From assembly GCA_965209085.1 (NCBI GenBank), contig OZ242376.1, forward strand, positions 1,536,001 to 1,600,000: a stretch of DNA of 64,000 nucleotides. The letters run 5' to 3'. The notes under the pieces are model-generated. The model saw nothing but the letters and a program-made list of their open reading frames with translations. It had not been told where the DNA came from and made no database searches. A program made the position numbers and the translations under genes. Shown piece after piece: positions 19,466 through 29,833 of the stretch. The number at the start of each line of letters is the position of its first letter. Positions within the stretch are counted from its first letter, which is position 1. The DNA is from Nitrosopumilaceae archaeon. Lineage in GTDB: Archaea; Thermoproteota; Nitrososphaeria; Nitrososphaerales; Nitrosopumilaceae.

Positions 19466-19993
19466 TCATAATGAAAGTTCATAATCGGTCATCTTACGAA
19501 GAAATTTTGCAGGGGTACCAACCCATACTTCACATTGTTGTATCTCAGGTTCTAAAACTACAGAATTTGCACCGATCGAAACATGATTGCCTATTTTTGT
19601 ACTTATCAAATTTGATCCTTGACCGATTCTACAATCATCACCTATAATGCACGGTTTTTTCTTTATGTTGGTTGTTCGTGCAGTCATAAATTTTTCATCA
19701 GCAGTTAATACACCAGCTCCAAAGATAGTTCCATTACCGATTATTGTATTACTATTAATGTGACAATGAGAATTGATCAGAGTATTTTTTCCGATTTTGG
19801 AACCAGCGTTTATTTCACAAAAATTTCCAATTACAGTATTTTCACCTATCTCAACATTATGACCAATATAACACCAGCCACACACTCTTGTGGATTCTGC
19901 TATTTTTGCAGATTCATGTATTTCATTAAATTTTCCCACTATTCTAGGCAAGACATACATACGCCATCCGATCATATAACATTCACTGATCAC
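19466..19993 (-). CDS. Hexapeptide-repeat (LbH) sugar N-acyltransferase
   Basis: Tandem [IV]Gxxxx hexads; C-terminal 'VWVGTPAKFLR'. Confidence 0.88.
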   Translation of the reverse strand: MISECYMIGWRMYVLPRIVGKFNEIHESAKIAESTRVCGWCYIGHNVEIGENTVIGNFCEINAGSKIGKNTLINSHCHINSNTIIGNGTIFGAGVLTADEKFMTARTTNIKKKPCIIGDDCRIGQGSNLISTKIGNHVSIGANSVVLEPEIQQCEVWVGTPAKFLRKMTDYELSL

Positions 19994-20049
19994 ATAAACA
20001 CTTGTATTTTATTAGTTATGAATATTATCATTTACAAAAATTCTATGTA

Positions 20050-20826
20050 TTAAATATTACATGAAGGTTGCAATTCTCTTTTATGCTGTGAATTCTTATA
20101 CAGATCTATTATTTTATTCACGGTTTGGGAGGAAATGCCAAGATCTGTGATTATTGAATTAATATTCATATTTTTATCAAAATAACTTTCTAAAATAGTA
20201 TCAATTATTCTATATTCCATACCTAATTCTGTTTGTGAATTATGATTTTTCCATAAATGTGGACCAGGTATTTTGTTTATTATTTTATCTGGTATTTTAA
20301 GATAAGAGCCAAGCATTTGCACTTCAGTTTTATATAAATTTTTAATTGGAAGTATGTCGGATGCGCCATCACCATATTTTGTAAAATATCCTATAAGATA
20401 TTCGCTTTTATCATCGGTGCCAACCACAAGATAATTCATGATATTTGCATGATAGTATATCACGGATGCTCGTATTCTAGCTAAAAGATTTCCAGATGCC
20501 AGTTTATCAGAATCAAGTGTTATTTCTGCTTTAAATTGTTTCAATATAGATGCAATATTGCATATTTTATAACTAATGCCAAGTTTTTTGGCTATGTCTA
20601 TACCATCGATGGTTTCACTTTCAGGTGTTATATCGTCATGTGGCAGTATCAATGCAAGACATTTTTCTTTTCCTATTGCACGAGTACATAAAAATGCAGT
20701 AACGGCAGAATCAATTCCTCCGCTAAGACCAAATACCACACCAGAAGAATTTGCTTCGGATGTTTTTGTACGTATAAAATCGCAGATTTTTTCTGCAATT
20801 TGCTCATACTGATCTAATGGCTTCAA
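20050..20826 (-). CDS. nadE: NH3-dependent NAD+ synthetase
   Basis: GLSGGIDS PP-loop, 'NLLARIR', 'GYFTKYGDG', 'SQHKR'. Confidence 0.92.
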   Translation of the reverse strand: MKPLDQYEQIAEKICDFIRTKTSEANSSGVVFGLSGGIDSAVTAFLCTRAIGKEKCLALILPHDDITPESETIDGIDIAKKLGISYKICNIASILKQFKAEITLDSDKLASGNLLARIRASVIYYHANIMNYLVVGTDDKSEYLIGYFTKYGDGASDILPIKNLYKTEVQMLGSYLKIPDKIINKIPGPHLWKNHNSQTELGMEYRIIDTILESYFDKNMNINSIITDLGISSQTVNKIIDLYKNSQHKRELQPSCNI

Positions 20827-21847
20827 CTAATAGTTCTCCTATACGATGTATTTGATTGTCTGTAAGAGTTGTAGTCGAGGGTAGATACAGACCGTGTTCA
20901 TACAATTTTACGGTCATACTCAAGTCACCATCTCTTTCTAATTTAGATGCAATAGGTTGCATATGTAGTGGAACCATGTAGCGTTTACAATAAATTTTAT
21001 GCTTTTTCATTCTATCTATTATCATTTGAGGGTTAGGAACTTGGATATCAAGATGCCATTTTGCATCTTGATCAAAGAATTTTACTTCCGGACATTTAGA
21101 TATCACGTCATTGTATATCGAAGCCATGATATTTAATCTCTCAAGTCTTTTTGGTACACGGTCAAGCTGGGCTAATCCAAATGCAGCCTGTAATTCGGTC
21201 ACTTTGGAATTAAATCCCCATTGTTCAAATTTATCAGACATTGGTTTTAGATTCTGTCTGTCATTACGTCCTAGATCTTTTAATCTAGACAATTTGTCGA
21301 ATATTTCCTGATCGTCGCAGCATATCGCACCACCTTGACCTCCAAGTGTAAGGTGTTTTGTAGATGCAAAGCTGTATGTACTTATACATTCTTTAGTGTG
21401 TTCTGATACGGATTGTGAATTATCTTCTATCAGAGTTGTTCCCAAGGTTCTACCGTTTGTGTTTACCACAATATCTTCTACACCAACAGGTCTCATACAA
21501 CCGTTGGATTCTACCGGAGATATGCGCATATTAATTCCCGCTTGTATACAGGAATTATGTAGGAATATAGAATAATAATCAGGAATACGTACACTCTCAA
21601 ATCTGTCTTTTGCAGCTATAACGGCCATGTAAAGTGCAGTAGTTCCGTTCATGCATGTGACACAATATTTTGCTCCTACAAATTCCGAAAATCTTTTTTC
21701 AAATTCTCTCACTGTTTTATGTTCGTTAAGATAGTCAGAATTCATAACTTTTTGAACAGATTCATTTTCTTCTTTACCCCAAACTGGTATGAATTGGGGT
21801 ATCACTTCATCGATAGAGGAGTTAGATGTTTGATCCAACCAAATCAA
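20804..21847 (-). CDS. DegT/DnrJ/EryC1/StrS sugar aminotransferase
   Basis: 'NGTTAL', 'IEDNSQ', PLP-lysine motif 'SFASTKHLTLGGQGG', 'LYLPS'. Confidence 0.9.
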   Translation of the reverse strand: MIWLDQTSNSSIDEVIPQFIPVWGKEENESVQKVMNSDYLNEHKTVREFEKRFSEFVGAKYCVTCMNGTTALYMAVIAAKDRFESVRIPDYYSIFLHNSCIQAGINMRISPVESNGCMRPVGVEDIVVNTNGRTLGTTLIEDNSQSVSEHTKECISTYSFASTKHLTLGGQGGAICCDDQEIFDKLSRLKDLGRNDRQNLKPMSDKFEQWGFNSKVTELQAAFGLAQLDRVPKRLERLNIMASIYNDVISKCPEVKFFDQDAKWHLDIQVPNPQMIIDRMKKHKIYCKRYMVPLHMQPIASKLERDGDLSMTVKLYEHGLYLPSTTTLTDNQIHRIGELLVEAIRSV

Positions 21848-22760
21848 TCTCTTTATTTTTCAGAGCACTAACCATAGTGTTTATTCCATCTTGAAGTGTA
21901 TGAACAGGAACAAATCCCAGTTCGTTTTTGATTTTTGTAAAATCAACCATATAATTTCTTTTTTCTTCTTTGTCTGTAAAAGTAACTTTGGCACCTGTCA
22001 GATCACCTATTGTATTAGCAATTTCTTCTTTGGTATAATTTTGCTCGCTAGAACCTACATTAAACACGGTAGATTCTTTTGATGCATCACGTTCGATAAC
22101 TAGTCTTATTGCTTCAGATATATCTTCGACATGGCAAAGTGGCCTATATGCTTGAGCGCCAAAGATATCCATGTTTTTATCAAAAACTGCCGTTTTTACA
22201 AAATCGTTTAAAAGCAGATCCCATCTCATTCGTCCTGGAGAGATTCCATATGCTGTAGCGCATCGTAAAATCACAGAATTGGGCACATTTTTACGGATGT
22301 ATTTTTCTGCGTTTACTTTGGTTATTGCATACAATGAAACCGGGAGAAGAGTAGAATTTTCAGATACTGGTGTGGGGCTTTGACCATAATTTGAACATGT
22401 AGAAAGAAAAATTAATTTTTTAGATTCAATGTTGCACATTTGTCCTATTATTTTTACCATAACCTCATTGGTCATTATAGATTCATCAGGTTTTTTTTCA
22501 CATATGGGTTCTCCAACTAGGGCAGCTAGATTTATCACAACATCACATTCTTTGATCAGTGGGTAGAGTAGATCGACTGATCTAAAATCTCCTTTGACTA
22601 TTTTTATACGCTGATTCTGCAATGTTTCAAAATACCAATTACGGTTTATGTTGTAATCCATCCGATCAATAATGGTGATTCTGTGGGTAGTTTTTTTTAA
22701 TAAATGTGAAACAAGCGTTGATCCTACATAGCCAAGTCCTCCTGTAACAAGTATGTTCAT
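21822..22760 (-). CDS. NAD-dependent nucleotide-sugar epimerase/dehydratase
   Basis: 'ILVTGGLGYVG', 'STCSNYG', YxxxK (YAITK). Confidence 0.92.
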   Translation of the reverse strand: MNILVTGGLGYVGSTLVSHLLKKTTHRITIIDRMDYNINRNWYFETLQNQRIKIVKGDFRSVDLLYPLIKECDVVINLAALVGEPICEKKPDESIMTNEVMVKIIGQMCNIESKKLIFLSTCSNYGQSPTPVSENSTLLPVSLYAITKVNAEKYIRKNVPNSVILRCATAYGISPGRMRWDLLLNDFVKTAVFDKNMDIFGAQAYRPLCHVEDISEAIRLVIERDASKESTVFNVGSSEQNYTKEEIANTIGDLTGAKVTFTDKEEKRNYMVDFTKIKNELGFVPVHTLQDGINTMVSALKNKEIDLVGSNI

Positions 22761-24004
22761 GCAGTTCCAAGTCCAATTATTTTTATGCCATCCCTCTTTG
22801 GAATATATCTAAACGGATCTATCACAATACTACCATTAGGGAATTCCAATTTTTCAAATGATTTGTGCTGTGTTCCAATAAAATATACGTGTGGAGAATT
22901 AAACAATTTAGCAGGCATGGTATTTCCATCAACATACGGATCCCACATTTCTACATCTATTTTTTGATCTTGTAGTTCATTATATAGACGGATTGACGAG
23001 CTACCAACTGTAAGATTGATTTCCGGTTTGTATGCTTTTCCTAGTATGACTTTTGGTAGATCGTATTCTTTCAAAATGTTTGCAAACCATGCGATATGTC
23101 TTTCACGTATTTGCATCTGTTCGGTATACAAATCATTTGAGAGTTTATGTCTTAATGCAAAGTCGGCCAACGCTATATTATCTCTAGGATGGCATCCACC
23201 ACTATCTGGCATTCCTCCACGCATATACATTGGGCTTATGATTCTCTTTGTACAATCTTTTAATGCATCATATACAACATCCACATTCGCGCCAGAATCT
23301 TTCATTTTATGACACACTTCCATCAGATTGTTTGCAAAATTGATTTTCATGGTAATGAACGTATTATAATTGACCTTTACTAATTCTGCATTTACTATTT
23401 TCATTTCTTTAAATGGCGCATCGGTTATAGTACGATAGAATGTTTTTGCTTTTTCCAATGCAACAGGATCATCCACGCCAAAAAGAATTATTTCTGGGTT
23501 TAAGAAATCGTGGACAGTGGTTCCCATCGCTATAAAGAATGGGTTATAACAGAGTTTCACGTGCTTGCCAAGTAGTGGTATGATTTCTCTTTCTATGGTT
23601 CCAGGCAATACTGTGGATATTATTATTACTGTTTTATCTTCATCTAGTTTGTCAAGTTCGGCTGAAATATTCGTACATGCCGCTTTAAGATAATCGTAAT
23701 TGAAATCTGCTGTTGTAGATGGCAGTTTTGTAATTCCTTCATACAGGGGATCATGTGGCGTCTGTACAGCGATGAATATTATTTCGGATCTTTTTAAAAC
23801 TTCAGCTATAGACAAAACTTCAATTTTGGTTTTTTGAAGTAATTCTGGGACAGATTGTTCTAAATATGGAATAGTTTTCGTCTCGACATATTTTTTGACT
23901 TCTGGGTTTAAATCGTATCCTACTACGGTATGGCCTTTGGATTCTATAGCTAGAGCTGATGGCAAACCAAGTTTGCCTAACCCTATAAACCCAATATTAG
24001 ACAT
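22757..24004 (-). CDS. UDP-glucose/GDP-mannose family nucleotide-sugar 6-dehydrogenase
   Basis: GLGKLG, 'STVLPGT', 'AELVK', catalytic 'GGCHPRD'. Confidence 0.92.
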   Translation of the reverse strand: MSNIGFIGLGKLGLPSALAIESKGHTVVGYDLNPEVKKYVETKTIPYLEQSVPELLQKTKIEVLSIAEVLKRSEIIFIAVQTPHDPLYEGITKLPSTTADFNYDYLKAACTNISAELDKLDEDKTVIIISTVLPGTIEREIIPLLGKHVKLCYNPFFIAMGTTVHDFLNPEIILFGVDDPVALEKAKTFYRTITDAPFKEMKIVNAELVKVNYNTFITMKINFANNLMEVCHKMKDSGANVDVVYDALKDCTKRIISPMYMRGGMPDSGGCHPRDNIALADFALRHKLSNDLYTEQMQIRERHIAWFANILKEYDLPKVILGKAYKPEINLTVGSSSIRLYNELQDQKIDVEMWDPYVDGNTMPAKLFNSPHVYFIGTQHKSFEKLEFPNGSIVIDPFRYIPKRDGIKIIGLGTA

Positions 24005-24216
24005 AATGAAAATAACGACATCATTATACTATTTATACTTAATTGTACATTTCATGGAAAATAATAATCATGCATATACTGCCGCTCAAAAGTAACTGCA
24101 ATTATTTACGCCTAATCATAATGTTAACGTGCTTCAAAAATTGCATTTATTTATGAGCGGCAGTATAGTTTACTGACAACTGGTCGCCGATATTGGAAAA
24201 TATTTAGATATAAAAT

Positions 24217-24753
24217 TTAAAAATCAATTCCTTTTTTAGCTTTAATGCCAGATTTGAAGGGATGTTTTATCTCCTTCATTTCAGTCACTAGATCTGCAAT
24301 TTTTATTATTTCTGCTTTTGCATGATTGCCTGTAAGTACTAGATCCAATTCTGCTGGTTTTACAGATATGATATCCATAACATCATCTACTGACACAAGA
24401 TCCATGTCTACGGCATAGTTTATTTCATCCAAAATAACTATATTATATTTACCCGATTGTATTTTTTCATCAGCAATTTTCAGTGCGTCTTTACATGCCT
24501 TTACATGTTCTTCACGCGGACTTGTATCATCCAATATACCCACAAATCCTTTTCCAGCAGTAATAAGTTCAAATTCTGGTGCCAGCCGCCCTATTGAATC
24601 TAATTCGCCATAATGCCACGAACCTTTGATAAATTGAATCATACATATTTTTAATCCGTATCCTACGGCACGCAATGAAAGACCCAATGCTGCAGTTGTT
24701 TTTCCTTTTCCACCCCCAGTATAGACAATAATAAGACCTTTTTTGGCATCCAT
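24217..24753 (-). CDS. cobO: Cob(I)alamin adenosyltransferase
   Basis: 'YTGGGKGKTTAALG', 'QFIKG', 'ILDEI', 'KHPF...GIDF'. Confidence 0.95.
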   Translation of the reverse strand: MDAKKGLIIVYTGGGKGKTTAALGLSLRAVGYGLKICMIQFIKGSWHYGELDSIGRLAPEFELITAGKGFVGILDDTSPREEHVKACKDALKIADEKIQSGKYNIVILDEINYAVDMDLVSVDDVMDIISVKPAELDLVLTGNHAKAEIIKIADLVTEMKEIKHPFKSGIKAKKGIDF

Positions 24754-24867
24754 TGTTTGATGTTTTATTATACACGCTAAAAACTTTATCATATATCACA
24801 TGATAAATGCGATCAACGAGTGTATAGCTCGCATGGTTTTTAAAAACACCATTACTCCAACTATTAG

Positions 24868-26220
24868 TTGTCAAATATTCCACGTATAGTCATAGCAGGA
24901 ACCTCAAGTGGTGTGGGAAAAACTTCGATTAGTTGTGCAATAATATACGCTTTAAAACGTTCAGGATATTCAGTACAACCGTTTAAAATTGGTCCAGATT
25001 ATATAGATGCAGGCCATTTATCTCTAGTTGCAAAACGAAAAGCCAGAAATTTAGATTCGTGGATAATGGGTAAAGATGCGGTAATCAAGAGTTTTGTACA
25101 AAATTCTACATTAGATATTTCCATCATAGAGGGAGTTATGGGATATTATGATGGATCTTCTGGTAAATCAAACGATGCTAGTACGTATCATGTAGGCTCT
25201 ATATTGCATGCACCTACTATACTGGTTGTAGACGCAAGCAAATCTTCAAGATCAGTAGCTGCAGTGGTATTGGGATTTTTAAAATTTCATAAAAAATCAC
25301 GCATTGTAGGCATCGTATTAAACCGTCTTGGCAGCCAAAGACACGAACGTATGTGCCGTGATGCACTTTCAACATTAAAAATTCCCGTTGTCGGTTGCAT
25401 TATGCGAGATAATGCTTTGGTTTTAGAATCAAGACATCTTGGACTTGTTCCTGCATTGGAATTAAACAATAAAACAGCCATACACAAATCAGCAAAAAAA
25501 ATATCAAAGAATATCGATGTCAAAGCAATTTTCCGCATGTGCAAGAATACTACAGCATTACAAACATCATCAAATGTTGTCAAATTACCTGCAATACGTG
25601 CCACTATAGCGGTGGCTTTGGATGATTCATTCAATTTTTACTATGAAGACAATCTTGATGCATTAAGATATGCTGGAGCAAAAATAAAATTTTTTAGTCC
25701 AACAACAGACAAAACAATTCCCAAATGTGATGGATTATATCTAGGCGGAGGATATCCTGAAATTCAAGCTTTAAAGCTTGCAAAAAATACATCCATGAAA
25801 AAAGAGATCAAAAGATTCGCAGAATCCGGAAATCCAATATATGCTGAATGTGGAGGTTTTATGTATTTAGCAGATAGCATCAAATATGATAATAAAAAAT
25901 CCAAAATGGTAGGGCTTTTAGATGGTGATGTGGTTATGACTTTAAAACCTACCCTAAATTATACTGAATTTACAGCAACAAAATGCCTTCCATTTAATGT
26001 AAAATCATTCGTACGTGGGCATGAATTTCATTATTCAAAAATACATGGAATATCCAAAGATGCAAAATTTGCATATAAAATGTCAAAAGGGGTTGGAATA
26101 CTGGGCAAAATGGACGGTTTTGTAGAGTATGAAACGCTTGCATCATACGGGCATTTGTATTTTAATTCGAAAATGGCTAAAAACATCGTAAATGTAGCAG
26201 TTGCATCATCCCGCCAATGA
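24868..26220 (+). CDS. cbiA: Cobyrinate a,c-diamide synthase
   Basis: 'SGVGKT', 'FKIGPDYID', 'EGVMG', 'ESRHLGL', 'YAECGG', 'GHEFHYS'. Confidence 0.95.
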   Translation: MSNIPRIVIAGTSSGVGKTSISCAIIYALKRSGYSVQPFKIGPDYIDAGHLSLVAKRKARNLDSWIMGKDAVIKSFVQNSTLDISIIEGVMGYYDGSSGKSNDASTYHVGSILHAPTILVVDASKSSRSVAAVVLGFLKFHKKSRIVGIVLNRLGSQRHERMCRDALSTLKIPVVGCIMRDNALVLESRHLGLVPALELNNKTAIHKSAKKISKNIDVKAIFRMCKNTTALQTSSNVVKLPAIRATIAVALDDSFNFYYEDNLDALRYAGAKIKFFSPTTDKTIPKCDGLYLGGGYPEIQALKLAKNTSMKKEIKRFAESGNPIYAECGGFMYLADSIKYDNKKSKMVGLLDGDVVMTLKPTLNYTEFTATKCLPFNVKSFVRGHEFHYSKIHGISKDAKFAYKMSKGVGILGKMDGFVEYETLASYGHLYFNSKMAKNIVNVAVASSRQ

Positions 26221-26222
26221 GA

Positions 26223-26846
26223 TTAGTGTGCAAGCTTGTAGATTGCATTTATAATTGCAGCAGCTGATGGACTCCCACCTTTACGACCCGTGTTTGTTAT
26301 ATACGGAAGATTTGTTGATGCAAGTTCATTCTTTGATTCTACGGCCGAGATAAAACCAACCGGTATGCCCACAATCAGGGCAGGATTGCATACGCCTTCA
26401 TTTACCATTTTTATTATTTCTAAAAGGGCAGTTGGTGCGTTGCCAATTGTGACAATACCTCCGTTCAAATCGTCAGCACATGCTCTCATAGATGCCTGAG
26501 CCCTGGTGCTTTGGGCGTTTTTTGCAGCCTCTGCCACAGCGGGATCCGATATTTTGCATATGATACGGTTTCCAAAATACGCCGATTCTGCCTTGCTAAT
26601 CAAGCCTGAAACGCCATGTACGTCCGTTATTATGCGACATCCTTGTTTTATTGCATTAATTCCATTCTTGATGGAATCTGGGCTAAATTTTATTGCTTCT
26701 TTGCCTGCAAAGTCAAAGTCCGCCGTTGAGTGTATAACGCGTCTGACGATTGGCCATTGCATTTCATCGTATTGATGATCTCCTATTTCGTTTTCAATTA
26801 CCGCCATGCTAGCATCCTCTATGGATTGGCCTTTCCTAGTCTGCAT
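26223..26846 (-). CDS. cbiC: Precorrin-8X methylmutase
   Basis: 'IHSTADF', 'IGNAPTAL', 'PVGFI', 'GRKGGS'. Confidence 0.95.
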   Translation of the reverse strand: MQTRKGQSIEDASMAVIENEIGDHQYDEMQWPIVRRVIHSTADFDFAGKEAIKFSPDSIKNGINAIKQGCRIITDVHGVSGLISKAESAYFGNRIICKISDPAVAEAAKNAQSTRAQASMRACADDLNGGIVTIGNAPTALLEIIKMVNEGVCNPALIVGIPVGFISAVESKNELASTNLPYITNTGRKGGSPSAAAIINAIYKLAH

Positions 26847-27591
26847 CTTCAACCTCTCCGGCTCTTTCACATATTAAATTAGCCATCATTTCATCAGCAC
26901 CAATATGTTTTGTTATGACAGTTTTTCCAACAGATGCCCCATCCAATGCAGGGTTTAGATCTTCGTATATGTCCCGTTTTACATGAGCTCCCTCGTGTAA
27001 AAAATAAAATACAACAACTAGTACTTTGGGAGTGTTTTTCTCACAAATGGATATTCCTTGTTTTATGTCTGGTTTTTCTATTTCCAAAAAACAGTGTGTG
27101 ACATTTCTATACAATGGTTTTATGTTATCCTCCACATATTGTATGGACATTGCAGCGTTTGGATCCATGCTGCCGTGTCCAATGATCAATACATCTATTT
27201 CATCATCGTTTAATTTTATTCCATTCTCAATTTTTGCAGAAGTGATGCGGTTTTGTACGAGTGTGGACATTAAAACATGCATGCTCATTGGACGCGTTAC
27301 CAGAAATTTTGTTTGGGTATTTTTTTGCATCATCATGACGTTAGTTACAGCAGCCTTTACTTTTTTGCCAGGATATAGAAAATATGGCACTAGTGTAAGT
27401 TCATCCAAATCATATGTCAACGCCTTTTTTACCCCTTCGTTGATAAACGGCGGCAATACCTCCAAAAAACAATAATCCACAAAATCATAATGGCGCATTT
27501 GTTTTATCATATTGCACAACACGGCAAGCTCCTCGCCTACCTCTTTTTCCCTACTGCCCCTATCCATTAGAAGCATTCCACGTTTTGTCAA
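26836..27591 (-). CDS. cbiX: Sirohydrochlorin cobaltochelatase (tandem CbiX domains)
   Basis: Two CbiX repeats (CFLE motifs); 'IGHGS' and 'FLHEGAHVKRDI' in the second repeat. Confidence 0.88.
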   Translation of the reverse strand: MTKRGMLLMDRGSREKEVGEELAVLCNMIKQMRHYDFVDYCFLEVLPPFINEGVKKALTYDLDELTLVPYFLYPGKKVKAAVTNVMMMQKNTQTKFLVTRPMSMHVLMSTLVQNRITSAKIENGIKLNDDEIDVLIIGHGSMDPNAAMSIQYVEDNIKPLYRNVTHCFLEIEKPDIKQGISICEKNTPKVLVVVFYFLHEGAHVKRDIYEDLNPALDGASVGKTVITKHIGADEMMANLICERAGEVEDAD

Positions 27592-28640
27592 TAATTCACC
27601 CTAGCCACTGCCACGGTCAGATCAGGTGGGAATTTTTGTTTTTCCACCACAAGTTTGCCTTTAGATATAAAAAGAGCCGCCGCTTCTGAAACACTAGCCG
27701 TACCTTCAAATGATTTTACAATTTTGGAAGGATTTGGTGCAGATATACCTGCAAGTTTTGCTCGATCCACATATTCCACTGGTATGTCTTGTTCTTTGCA
27801 ATATTCTTCCAATCCTTTCACATCCACAGGTTTTTGTATAGAAACTATTTTGGATACGGATTTTAAACTAAGATTGAATTTTTCAAGAGTTGTATTAATT
27901 CCATGTGATACGGTTTGTGCGGTAGTATCATTATGCAATCCCACTCCAACCACCAGTGAAGGAGGTCTATATACTACGATGTTTTTAATTCTAGTTGAGA
28001 TTATCTGATCCGTTATGATCATGGCTGCTTTTGGATTTGCAGATTCCAATTCTATTAATGTAGGATATACTGTAACATTCTTTGGCATATTTTCCTTCCA
28101 CCAATTTTTATTTCCGGTATGTTGCAATATGCCCACATCTTCGCTGTTTACCATGCATGCGCTTACGGATGTAACTTTGGCATCATCGTCAATTATCCAT
28201 CCAAGATCACGGCCCACCAAATCCACTGTGATTGTGTGGTTGACGTCCGCAGCCGTAGTTATTACAGGAGTAGCATCCAACACGTTTGCCAGTTCTTTTG
28301 AGAGCTCGTTTGCTCCGCCAATATGTCCTGATAATGCACTAATGACGTATGTTGCCGCATCATCAATCACTATAACAGCAGGATCTGTTTTTTTATCGAT
28401 CAAATACGGGGATATAAGACGCATTACCGCACCAAGTGAAAATATACATATCAATGCATCATATTTTGAAAAAAGCTCGCCTATTTTTTCTGAAGCTTTG
28501 TTTTCAAACCATGTCACATATGTATCATTATCAGAGAATTTGGCAGGTGCAAATAAAGTCCATAAAGGAAATTTATCGTGTATTTTTTTTCCAAGATTCA
28601 GACCGTTTTTAGTTATTGTGATAATGGCGACATTGTCCAT
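27588..28640 (-). CDS. cbiG: Cobalt-precorrin-5A hydrolase
   Basis: 'KKTDPAVIVID', 'LSGHIGGAN', 'VITTA', 'SVSEAAAL'. Confidence 0.93.
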   Translation of the reverse strand: MDNVAIITITKNGLNLGKKIHDKFPLWTLFAPAKFSDNDTYVTWFENKASEKIGELFSKYDALICIFSLGAVMRLISPYLIDKKTDPAVIVIDDAATYVISALSGHIGGANELSKELANVLDATPVITTAADVNHTITVDLVGRDLGWIIDDDAKVTSVSACMVNSEDVGILQHTGNKNWWKENMPKNVTVYPTLIELESANPKAAMIITDQIISTRIKNIVVYRPPSLVVGVGLHNDTTAQTVSHGINTTLEKFNLSLKSVSKIVSIQKPVDVKGLEEYCKEQDIPVEYVDRAKLAGISAPNPSKIVKSFEGTASVSEAAALFISKGKLVVEKQKFPPDLTVAVARVNY

Positions 28641-28712
28641 GCAATTGCACATATGTTCGGATATAATATCATGTCTTTTCATTCTGTATGAAAATATCCA
28701 TAAAACCGGACA

Positions 28713-29792
28713 TTATTCAGAATCGTATCTGCCCAATATCGTACCATCAAAGTCAAAAAGTATTACATTAATTCTCACCTTTTTTTCAGAATGCTCCATC
28801 ATTTGATCCTGCACCATGTGACAGATTTTATCAAAAAATCCGTCGATTTTATTCTCTTGTATGATTTCTAGAACGTGTCGTGCCGTATTAGCTCCAAGTA
28901 TTTTTTTGATAATTGTATCTCCTGCCCCACTTTTCTGTGCAATTTCTGCCAGTAATTTCATATCCACTTTTGATCCTTTGACATGAGTCTGTTTTACACC
29001 CGCTGCCATTTTTGCAAGTTTTCCTATAAATCCCATCACGTATGCAATTTTTATTCCATTTTTTGCACATTCACGTATAGCATATCCGGAAAAATCCCCC
29101 ATTTGTACAAAACAGTGATCTGCAAGTTTTATTATTTTCATTGCATATTCTTCACTGCGACCTCCCGTAGTTAACACCGCTGTATCCTCGTTCATTGCTA
29201 CTGCAACCTCAATATTTTGCCGTATAGCAGCTGCATATGAAGCGGTAGAAAATGGTGTTACAATTCCGCTTGTTCCAAGTATCGATATTCCTCCAATAAT
29301 GCCAAGTCTAGGATTATCTGTTTTTAGGGCAATTTTATCACCTGTTGGAACTGATATTGTTACCAAAATTCCCGTATCATGCAATGTCTCTTTGCTTATT
29401 TCCCGCACACTTTGCTCTATCATTTTTTTGGGAACGGGATTTATTGCATGCGTGCCAATCTCCAAACCCAGTCCAGGTTTTGTCACTTTACCCACACCAT
29501 GACCACCTTGAATGTGTATTTTTTCAGGTTTGCCCTCCAAAGAAACATTTGTTGCAATTTCTGCCCCGTGTGTTACATCCGGATCATCACCTCCATCTTT
29601 TATTACGGTGCATGTTGCAGATGATGTGTTAAATTCACATTTTGTTATGGTTATTTTTGCAATTGTGCCACGTGGTAATAGAACGTCAACCATATCTATG
29701 TTTTTTTGCCCTTTAATGGCAAGCATTCCAGCTTTGGCTCCAGCTGCTGCGCATGTTCCAGTTGTAAATCCCGTACGGAGTTTATTTCCCAT
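28713..29792 (-). CDS. cbiD: Cobalt-precorrin-5B C1-methyltransferase
   Basis: 'LRTGFTTGTCAAA', 'KDGGDDPDVTHG', 'NPRLGIIGGISILGTSG'. Confidence 0.96.
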   Translation of the reverse strand: MGNKLRTGFTTGTCAAAGAKAGMLAIKGQKNIDMVDVLLPRGTIAKITITKCEFNTSSATCTVIKDGGDDPDVTHGAEIATNVSLEGKPEKIHIQGGHGVGKVTKPGLGLEIGTHAINPVPKKMIEQSVREISKETLHDTGILVTISVPTGDKIALKTDNPRLGIIGGISILGTSGIVTPFSTASYAAAIRQNIEVAVAMNEDTAVLTTGGRSEEYAMKIIKLADHCFVQMGDFSGYAIRECAKNGIKIAYVMGFIGKLAKMAAGVKQTHVKGSKVDMKLLAEIAQKSGAGDTIIKKILGANTARHVLEIIQENKIDGFFDKICHMVQDQMMEHSEKKVRINVILFDFDGTILGRYDSE

Positions 29793-29833
29793 ACAACAAT
29801 ATGCCCATTATTGTATTAATACATGATGTATAC

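Noticed and set aside
28015-28806. Long antisense ORFs such as 28015..28806, 37654..38304, 41034..41876 and 54472..55191
   Set aside because: Shadow frames opposite well-supported genes
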